Source: Microcoleus sp.
GTDB lineage: Bacteria > Cyanobacteriota > Cyanobacteriia > Cyanobacteriales > Microcoleaceae
Direction: 5' to 3'
Length of the DNA stretch: 64,000 nucleotides
NCBI GenBank assembly: GCA_052279835.1
Contig: CP181291.1
Location: 3,456,001 to 3,520,000, forward strand
Shown: positions 10,224 to 17,749 of the stretch, in pieces
How the letters are laid out: each line of letters begins with the position of its first letter
Position numbering within the stretch: the first letter of the stretch is position 1
The notes under the pieces: model-generated
What the model was told of the DNA's origin: nothing
The model's input: the letters and a program-made list of their open reading frames with translations, nothing else
Database searches by the model: none
Position numbers and translations under genes: made by a program

Positions 10224-10492
10224 TAAACGAGTAAACGAGTAAACGAGTAAACGAGTAAACGAGTAAACGAGTAAACGAGTAAACGAGTAAACGAGTAAAC
10301 GAGTAAACGAGTAAACGAGTAAACGAGTAAACGAGTAAACGAGTAAACGAGTAAACGAGTAAACGAGTAAACGAGTAAACGAGTAAACGAGTAAACGAGT
10401 AAACGAGTAAACGAGTAAACGAGTAAACGAGTAAACGAGTAAACGAGTAAACGAGTAAACGAGTAAACGAGTAAACGAGTAAACGAGTAAAC
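10221..10492. repeat. Perfect octamer tandem array (GAGTAAAC)34
   Basis: 272 bp, uninterrupted, no spacers. Confidence 0.98.
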
Positions 10493-10565
10493 TCTTAGTC
10501 CACGAAGGTGGACTTTGTTTATGTAGCCGCGGTTTCAACCGCCGGATTAACCACGAGATTAAATA

Positions 10566-11711
10566 TCAACATCTCAAGGATTTCCAGTATTTTTGAATCA
10601 ACGGATAGCGAAATTTAAATTTGCTATCTTGCTTATAAATATAGTAATCTTGCTCCAAAAGCCTTAACACCTTCCGCGCCATTTCCTTATCTTGAGTTTC
10701 CGACTGTTGCTTAATCCCCTGAAACAATTCATCAAAGGACAAAGCCCCTTCAGCCATCGCCAAAATATCGAGCAAATTCAGAGCATAAGGACGCTGTTTG
10801 TCATCGTAATAACTATCAAGTCGCTCCCGATAATGTTCCATCCTCCAAGGATTCAGCGGGTCATCTAAACAATCAGCAATGATTTCTTTAACTGCTGCGA
10901 TATCCCCCAAATCACCGCGCAATTTGAGTTTAACAATTAAGTGGTGGATGTAGAAAGGAATGTTACTTAATTCATCGGCGATAAAAACCGCAGTTCCTTG
11001 AATATCCGGTGTTTTAATATTTTCGCCCTCTAGCAATTTCCGAGCTAAATTCGTGGCATCTTTTGCAGATAGCGGTGGCACATCTTGGACGTACATATCA
11101 TTAATCGGATCGTTTGTATAACCCGCTTTTCTGAGCACGCCGAGGACGTGATGCAATCCGATCGAACCTGTATAAACCATTCTCACAGCCGGGTACATCT
11201 GGCGGATCGATCGCAATGTATCGAGCAATTCCATCGCGGCTGCATCCCCGATATTGTCGAGCATATACGGCACTTCATCCCAAAACAAGATGACTCTGCG
11301 GTCTTGATTTTCTACCAAATCTGCGATGGTTTCCGTCAGCAATGCTTTCCAGTGAGGCGCGGCAATTTCAGGTAACTTGAAACCGCTAAATTCTGCTCCT
11401 CCCAAGTGTTTTAGTAATCCGCGAGTTTTCTTGGCGGTGCGATTAAAACCTGTTAAGTATGCTTCCACATCCTGAAAGATTTTCTCGACAAATTCTAAGG
11501 GAGATTTCACATCTTCCAAGTCACGATAAATCGGCAATTTATCTGCGGTAGCTTCGGCTTTCATTTTTTTAATTACCGAAGTTTTGCCCATCCGGCGCTC
11601 GGCACTCAAGATGACACTTTGCTGTTCTAAAATTCCCCACAAATCAGCAATTAACTTGTCCCGCCCCATGACTTCTGCTGGGGCAATTTCTCCGCCTGGA
11701 TTTGCTTTCAT
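10566..11711 (-). CDS. AAA/STAND-type (archaeal-ATPase-like) ATP-binding protein with C-terminal winged helix
   Basis: MGRDK, Walker A variant AERRMGKTS, Walker B ILFWDE, MVYTGS, NIPFYIH, C-terminal FRYPLIQKYW. Confidence 0.85.
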   Translation of the reverse strand: MKANPGGEIAPAEVMGRDKLIADLWGILEQQSVILSAERRMGKTSVIKKMKAEATADKLPIYRDLEDVKSPLEFVEKIFQDVEAYLTGFNRTAKKTRGLLKHLGGAEFSGFKLPEIAAPHWKALLTETIADLVENQDRRVILFWDEVPYMLDNIGDAAAMELLDTLRSIRQMYPAVRMVYTGSIGLHHVLGVLRKAGYTNDPINDMYVQDVPPLSAKDATNLARKLLEGENIKTPDIQGTAVFIADELSNIPFYIHHLIVKLKLRGDLGDIAAVKEIIADCLDDPLNPWRMEHYRERLDSYYDDKQRPYALNLLDILAMAEGALSFDELFQGIKQQSETQDKEMARKVLRLLEQDYYIYKQDSKFKFRYPLIQKYWKSLRC

Positions 11712-11804
11712 TTTGTATGCTTAATTATATTTGTACAATCTACGTTGTTTTTATTGTACGTTAAATTTGACGTATATCGTAAATCGTCTGTAACTGCCGT
11801 TTAA

Positions 11805-11921
11805 CTGGCTCCCAGGCTCTGCCTGGGAACCGATATCTAGAGGCTCTGCCTCGTCATTTACGGAGGAAAAGATGAGGCAGAGCCTCTAGATCTGCGTCCC
11901 CAGGCAGAGCCTGGGGACGAG
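11805..11921. repeat. Palindromic repeat family C, full copy
   Basis: CCCAGGCTCTGCCTGGGAAC...GAGGCAGAGCCTC...CCCAGGCAGAGCCTGGG; same orientation as the 10109 copy. Confidence 0.85.
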
Positions 11922-12039
11922 AGAATTAAGAGAAAATACTGTTGATTGTGGAACAGGTATCTATGGCCGCATCTGTGAGTTCTGACAAGTGACATTGTAG
12001 AATAGAAACATCGATAAAACTAAATCGGGAGATGGTACG

Positions 12040-12801
12040 ATGTCTGTTGAATCAGTTGCCGATCAAATTTTGACAGAAGAAGATTTGTTCTTCGCAGAAA
12101 ATCAGCCACCGATAGACTTAATTTTTGATGATGGTGCAGAAATGGAAAGCAACCGCCACCGCATAGGTATGAATGTTTTAATTCGTTCTTTAGAGCAAGG
12201 TTTAGCTCACCGCAGCGATTTTTTTGCGGGCGGTAATATGTTTATTTATTTCAGCGCCGAACAGCTTCGCAATCGTGATTTTCGAGGGCCTGATTTTTTT
12301 GCGGTGATGGATGTTGACAGCACTCCTACTCGACAAGGTTGGGTTGTTTGGCAGGAAAATGGACGTTACCCGGATGTGATTGTGGAACTGCTGTCGCCGT
12401 CAACTGCTAGTGCAGACAAAGGAGTAAAAAAGGATATTTACGAGCGGATTTTTAGAACCCCTGATTATTTTATATTCGATCCTTTCGATCCACATTCTTT
12501 GCAAGGATGGCGTTTAAATCCCGGCTTGGGCTATGAACCGTTAGTGGCTAATGAGCGGGGTTGGCTGTGGTGCGAAACCTTGGGTTTTTGGTTGGGAACT
12601 TGGGAAGGAACAGTCGATCGAGAAACGGCAATTTGGGTGCGTTTTTTCGACGAATTTGGCAATTTAGTTTTGTTACCGGAGGAAGCTGCTCAACAACAGG
12701 CGGAAGCTGCTCAACAACAGGCGGAACAGGAACGTCAGCGAGCCGATCGACTAGCAGCTAGATTGCGAGAATTGGGCGAAGATCCAAATGCTCTCAACTA
12801 A
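12040..12801 (+). CDS. Uma2 family endonuclease
   Basis: EMESNRH, FRGPDFF, PDVIVELLSPST, RTPDYFIFDP; C-terminal LRELGEDP. Confidence 0.92.
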   Translation: MSVESVADQILTEEDLFFAENQPPIDLIFDDGAEMESNRHRIGMNVLIRSLEQGLAHRSDFFAGGNMFIYFSAEQLRNRDFRGPDFFAVMDVDSTPTRQGWVVWQENGRYPDVIVELLSPSTASADKGVKKDIYERIFRTPDYFIFDPFDPHSLQGWRLNPGLGYEPLVANERGWLWCETLGFWLGTWEGTVDRETAIWVRFFDEFGNLVLLPEEAAQQQAEAAQQQAEQERQRADRLAARLRELGEDPNALN

Positions 12802-12834
12802 TCATCTTCAATCCTGAAAGCTGTGAGTTTTATT

Positions 12835-13281
12835 TTAGCCTTGGGTGCGCGATCGCAATATCTCGCGCACAGCCATCAGTATCTGTCCCAACATATTTTT
12901 GCCACTGCCATCTTTGCCACAACCCCAATAGTAATCAATGGGTGAATTTTCCACTATTTCCTCGTCACCAGTGGCTAGTAAAATTTCCCGAATTTCCCCA
13001 TGAGTTTCAAATTTCCGCAGCACAGCTTTTTTCATAATCTCGTCTTTCACCTGTTCCCAATCGGAACGCAGGGGCAGAGTGCGATCGCGCCCCATTTTCG
13101 CTGCATCTTTTGGTGTTTTTAGTTGGCGAATGCGATCGCTATCAGGCGTACCCGGAAACTTTTGTGCTTGAAAATAATGCTCGCTAGTTGGCCAGTATTC
13201 CCCGTCTAACTCGAAGCCGTGACCAGAGAAATTAGAAAAACTGCCATACTCGTCCCTAGGGCTGTAGAAATAAATTGGCAT
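12835..13281 (-). CDS. NADAR (YbiA-like) family protein
   Basis: FSNF, WPTSEHYFQAQKF, RSDWEQVK, ENSPIDYYWG, GKNMLGQILM. Confidence 0.93.
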   Translation of the reverse strand: MPIYFYSPRDEYGSFSNFSGHGFELDGEYWPTSEHYFQAQKFPGTPDSDRIRQLKTPKDAAKMGRDRTLPLRSDWEQVKDEIMKKAVLRKFETHGEIREILLATGDEEIVENSPIDYYWGCGKDGSGKNMLGQILMAVREILRSRTQG

Positions 13282-13317
13282 AATATTTATGAGCTTTTTA
13301 TGATTATATCAAAACGA

Positions 13318-13791
13318 ATGACTCAGAATTTTACTTCCTTACCATCAGAATGCACCATCCGCCCAGCCTCAGCTCAAGATATCAAATCAATTAGAATGTT
13401 AGTCTGGAGTGCAAAACTCGATCCAACTCAGTTGCGTTGGCAGCAATTCTGGGTAATAGAATGTGGCGGACATCTGGCTGCTTGCGGACAGTTGCGGAAC
13501 TTTGCGGGGGCGCAAGAATTGGGCAGTTTGGTGGTGATGAAGGATTGGCGCGATCGCGGTTTGGGGACTTACCTCACTCAACATTTGATTGCACAGGCTA
13601 CAGCACCTCTGTACTTAGAATGTTTGGGTTCCAGACTTGCAGCATTTTACACTCGTTTTGGCTTCGTACAAGCTGCATGGCAAGAGTTACCGCAGTCGCT
13701 TAAATTTAAATTCGGCTTGTCTCAATTAGCTAAAGTTTTTTTCAGAATTCCTGTCACTCTTATGCAGTATCAAACAAATTTTAGAGACTAG
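13318..13791 (+). CDS. GNAT family N-acetyltransferase
   Basis: ELGSLVV..WRDRGLG motif A, FYTRFGF. Confidence 0.85.
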   Translation: MTQNFTSLPSECTIRPASAQDIKSIRMLVWSAKLDPTQLRWQQFWVIECGGHLAACGQLRNFAGAQELGSLVVMKDWRDRGLGTYLTQHLIAQATAPLYLECLGSRLAAFYTRFGFVQAAWQELPQSLKFKFGLSQLAKVFFRIPVTLMQYQTNFRD

Positions 13792-14455
13792 ACATCTCCG
13801 AAAATTCTTGGGGTAGGCATCCAGCAAGCCCTTCACAGGCTGTTTAACAGATGTCTAATTTACAGATATTCCGGGTTTGGAGCTCCCGATTGTGTAAGTT
13901 GATGATTTACCTAGTCCTGTGTCACTGGGCGTAAGTGGCACAGCACTACGGCTGTTATCTAGCCGAAAAACCTTATAAAATCGTTGTTTGCTCGGTGAAA
14001 ATTGTCCTGTGCCAATACCAGGGATCGAAAGTGGACAGGCGATCGCACCAAATACCTTAGACTCCTGGCAAATTAGTAAATGTAAAGCAAGTGAGTCACA
14101 ACCCAGTCAAAAAAAGCCAACCGAAAAATAAAATATTTTCCTAGTCTCAGTAATGCGGAATCACTCAATCTCTAATGTAGCTAACAACATCCAACCTGGA
14201 GGTAAATACCACTAACTGCCACACAACTAAATCCTTAATTCCATTCCTGGTAATTAGCAGATTTAGGACTTTTACAAACAGATGGGCAACTTCCTTAACT
14301 ATTTCAAAACTTATTTGAATTCTATCCTGAAAAAAGGAGGGAAAGCAAGAACAATGAAATATCAGGAATAAATAATCTCAACCCTGGAAATGCAGCATTT
14401 CAAATTGCATACAAACAAAATTAGATCCTATATTAACACACAAGGAGTTACGGAT

Positions 14456-14743
14456 ATGTTCAACGTCGTAAAAGCTTTCGGTTCTATCTTTTCCGCTCAA
14501 AATTACAGCACTGCTAATAATATGTTAATCAACAACTACATCAATACCAATTTCCACTACTTCAACGAAGAAGCAGTAGTCGATGAATCAATTTACCCAA
14601 ATCAAACTGGTCGCGTTCGCTTCCAAGGTAGCTGGTGGCCCGCACGGTGCGATCGCCAAATCACCTTAACACCGGGAGACACGGTTTTTGTGATTGGCGT
14701 TGACAACATCACTCTTTTGGTTTCCCTCGCACCCGCAGACTAA
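14456..14743 (+). CDS. NfeD-like C-terminal (OB-fold) protein, copy 1
   Basis: [35 protein letters not shown] upstream. Confidence 0.85.
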   Translation: MFNVVKAFGSIFSAQNYSTANNMLINNYINTNFHYFNEEAVVDESIYPNQTGRVRFQGSWWPARCDRQITLTPGDTVFVIGVDNITLLVSLAPAD

Positions 14744-14854
14744 ATTAGAGCGCGAACAACCAGAAAAAGTAATCAATGGCAATCGAGGAAATGCAGCCTC
14801 TCAAATAGCATAAATACAAAATTACATTATATAAACAACAAAGGAGTCAGGGAA

Positions 14855-15142
14855 ATGTTGAACGTAGTAAAAGCTTTCGGTTCTATTTTTTCTAATCAAA
14901 AATACATCACAGCAAATAATATGTTAATCGACAACTACATCAATACCAATTTCCACTACTTCAACGAAGAAGCAGTAGTCGATGAATCAATTTACCCCAA
15001 TCAAACTGGTCGCGTTCGTTTCCAAGGTAGCTGGTGGCCCGCACGGTGCGATCGCCAAATCACTTTAACACCAGGAGACACGGTTTTTGTCATCGGCGTT
15101 GACAACATTACCCTGTTAGTTTCCCTCGCACCCGCAGACTAA
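14855..15142 (+). CDS. NfeD-like C-terminal (OB-fold) protein, copy 2
   Basis: Near-identical to copy 1; RBS AAGGAG. Confidence 0.85.
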   Translation: MLNVVKAFGSIFSNQKYITANNMLIDNYINTNFHYFNEEAVVDESIYPNQTGRVRFQGSWWPARCDRQITLTPGDTVFVIGVDNITLLVSLAPAD

Positions 15143-15170
15143 ACGAGAAAGTAATCTAAACCTTTTCACT

Positions 15171-15220
15171 GTCAGAGTCCCGATTTCTTCAAAAAATCGG
15201 GACTCTGACTATTTTGTTTT
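15171..15220 (+). terminator. Intrinsic terminator after nfeD pair
   Basis: GTCAGAGTCCCGATTT..AAATCGGGACTCTGAC hairpin followed by T-rich tract. Confidence 0.65.
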
Positions 15221-15372
15221 TTAGAGCACTGACGCACTATGCCTAGGGCTAGGGCAACCACGGGGGGATTGCCCCGACAAGAGCCTTGAAATTTAGCTGA
15301 AATCCCCGCTTTATTTCTTAGCCCGCGTCGGCGGGCTTTGTTTGTGTAGTAGCGGTTTCAACCGCCGAATTA

Positions 15373-16518
15373 TTACAATAAAATGGCATTTTTGAGAGCT
15401 TGCTTGTTGAGGCGATCGCCCATTGGAGAGTCGCTAGTTTCTGGGCTGGCTGCGGCTGTTTCTGATGCTTTAGCGATCGGCGGTAGCGGTTCCAGCAGTT
15501 TAGCTTGAGCTTCCTGAATTGAAGGGTAATTTGCAGCCCAGGATGAAATCGCTGCTGAAAGCACATCGATCTCGTCTGATAAAGGTTCAATTAGCTGCCC
15601 TAGTTCAGTTAATTGTGCCGCCGAAAAGAGCGATCGCTGTTGGGTTAATAGTTCGATCAACGAGTCAATCTTTTGTTCGGGGACTGACATGGATTCCCGT
15701 TGAATTTTGTGAATTGTTTGCCGCACAAATTCGAGAGACAAATCTAATAATTGTGCGATCGTCTCTAAATTCATTCCAAACGCGATCATCCGACGAATGG
15801 CTTCTAACTTCGCCTGCCGTTCACCTTGTTCGAGTCCTTGTTCGAGTCCTTCTTCTAAACCTTCTTGCTTGACTTCCTGATAAAATCGAGTTTGTCTGAG
15901 TTCGCTTAAATTTAGCATGGCGGCAATTTCCTCGCGGCTTTTTTGGGGGAGTTTGTAGACGATAATTGTTTCGATGAGGTTGATTAAATCGCGCAGAACG
16001 GTGGGATCGGACAACTGCTGTCGGGCCATGGCGATCGACTGTCGTGCTTGTTCTGCTGCTGTCTCTGCTGGCTCGATTACCAGTTTAACAACTTTGACTC
16101 CCAACGAGCGATCGGCGCTTTCGGGCAATTCATCGAGATAAATCCGTTGCACCCGCTGACTGGTTAAGAGTTCCTGAAATTGCAGCATCTGTTCGTGTTC
16201 GATGCGGCGGCTGGGATAGATGACAACGACGCGCCAAGGATTGACGGGTTTGTATTGTCGCAGATAGAGAAAGAGCTCGCCAAAGATGCGGTAGTACAAG
16301 TCGGCATCGGGTTGAAACTGAACTTCTGCCAAGTAAAATGGTTTTTCCGGTTCTTCGGTGGTGGGAAGAAATAAGCCATCGATGCGGAATGCGAGTTGTT
16401 TGATTTCGCGGGAGGTGAATTCGTAGGCTGCGGCTTCGTCTGGAGGGCGATCGATCAGTTCAAAGAAGAAGCTGGGAAATTCTTGAAACAGGCTGTAGAA
16501 AATGGTGTCTGTTTTCAT
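15373..16518 (-). CDS. Rpn family / DUF2887 PD-(D/E)XK nuclease with extra C-terminal domain
   Basis: MKTDTIFY, EIKQLAFRIDGLF, EVQFQ, IETIIVYKLP, QTRFYQE, EEGLEQG repeats. Confidence 0.88.
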   Translation of the reverse strand: MKTDTIFYSLFQEFPSFFFELIDRPPDEAAAYEFTSREIKQLAFRIDGLFLPTTEEPEKPFYLAEVQFQPDADLYYRIFGELFLYLRQYKPVNPWRVVVIYPSRRIEHEQMLQFQELLTSQRVQRIYLDELPESADRSLGVKVVKLVIEPAETAAEQARQSIAMARQQLSDPTVLRDLINLIETIIVYKLPQKSREEIAAMLNLSELRQTRFYQEVKQEGLEEGLEQGLEQGERQAKLEAIRRMIAFGMNLETIAQLLDLSLEFVRQTIHKIQRESMSVPEQKIDSLIELLTQQRSLFSAAQLTELGQLIEPLSDEIDVLSAAISSWAANYPSIQEAQAKLLEPLPPIAKASETAAASPETSDSPMGDRLNKQALKNAILL

Positions 16519-16671
16519 GAGTTGTCGATGGGAATCGAAGATGGGTACTATACCATGTCGAGAGAGGAACAAGCATGACACAAAAACCACTTATCGGGGA
16601 AATCGATTTTTAGGCTTGGCAACATTTTATGCTATTGTCTAACTTTGTTTTTACAAGAAATTTCGGATAAA

Positions 16672-17046
16672 ATGGTCGATAACAAAGATACTATAGAAGT
16701 GCCTTTACGACCTCTTGTTTGGATGGGAGACTCTCGCAAAAATATCCGCGAGTTTCCTGAAGAGGTACAAAAAGCGGTAGGTTATGCCCTACAACTGGTG
16801 CAAGCTGGAGAAACACCTTTGTCAGCCAAGGCTTTTAAAGGGGTGGAAAGCGGTGTGTATGAAATTGTCAAACGTTACGATACTGATACTTACAGGGCGG
16901 TTTATGCTGTAAAAATTGGTGAAACAATCTATGTGTTGCACGCTTTTCAAAAGAAATCAAAGCAAGGGATTAAAACCCCACAGGCTGATGTTGACTTAAT
17001 TAAAAAACGCTATCAAGACGCACTAGCTAGGGAGGAACAATTATGA
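16672..17046 (+). CDS. RelE/HigB-like (Gp49-type) toxin
   Basis: LVWMGDS, GVYEI, YRAVY, IYVLHAFQKKS..TPQADVDLIKKR. Confidence 0.9.
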   Translation: MVDNKDTIEVPLRPLVWMGDSRKNIREFPEEVQKAVGYALQLVQAGETPLSAKAFKGVESGVYEIVKRYDTDTYRAVYAVKIGETIYVLHAFQKKSKQGIKTPQADVDLIKKRYQDALAREEQL

Positions 17047-17369
17047 CACAAGAAACTATTTTTGAAGAAAGCAGTGGTAATGTATTTGCTGACCTTGGAT
17101 TGGCAGATGCTGATGAACTTTTTGCGCGAGGTAAAATCGGAATTCAGGTACTTCGTCTGTTGAGACAGCGCAACTTAGAACAGCGTGAAATGAGCGAATT
17201 ACTGGGGATTCCACAACTAGAAATCTCTCATTTAATGAACGGAGAGTTTCAGCGCTTCAGCGAAGGAAAACTACTGATTTTCCTGAAGCGACTCGATACG
17301 GAAATCACCTTACATATTCGCCCTCGTAATGCGGGAAATCAATCTGCTGAAACTGTGATATTGCTATAG
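17043..17369 (+). CDS. XRE/HTH antitoxin (HigA-like)
   Basis: SSGNVFADLG, HTH; 4-bp ATGA overlap with toxin. Confidence 0.9.
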   Translation: MTQETIFEESSGNVFADLGLADADELFARGKIGIQVLRLLRQRNLEQREMSELLGIPQLEISHLMNGEFQRFSEGKLLIFLKRLDTEITLHIRPRNAGNQSAETVILL

Positions 17370-17441
17370 GAGTTTGGGAAACCGATCGCCTTTTTGATTT
17401 TTTTCGCAAAGGCGATCGGGGACTTCTAGCTTTTATCTATT

Positions 17442-17609
17442 TCACTCGTCTGTGTCATCTTTCTGCAAGGCTGTCAGGATTTGAAAGCACAGCTTGAGCA
17501 GAAACAGCAGCAATCCTGCGTGGGGATTGAGGCAAGTGGCAACGCCCACCACTGCAAACTCGATTACTTTGAGCCATTTTTTCTTATTTGAAATCTTCAT
17601 GTTGGTCAT
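17442..17609 (-). CDS. Putative small hydrophobic protein divergent from NACHT gene
   Basis: Basic N-terminus, hydrophobic core (VIEFAVVGVATCL..GLLLFLLKLCF), acidic tail; start uncertain; hairpin at 17381-17421 downstream. Confidence 0.4.
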   Translation of the reverse strand: MTNMKISNKKKWLKVIEFAVVGVATCLNPHAGLLLFLLKLCFQILTALQKDDTDE

Positions 17610-17749
17610 CTTTGTTGAAACTCTCAACAATCTGCCAAATGCAAGATAGGAGGCTGGTTTTAGATCCGATCGCCCACCGCTCAGGTTATGTACAAGTTTG
17701 TCCAAGTTACGATCGCGCCGCTATAATTGGAGAAACCTGAAACCACTAC

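Noticed and set aside
10221..10492. Possible CRISPR array, or the 140-aa ORF 10116-10538 (LLVYSFTR)n
   Set aside because: Pure 8-bp tandem repeat with no spacers and no cas genes; the ORF is a by-product of a stop-free repeat frame
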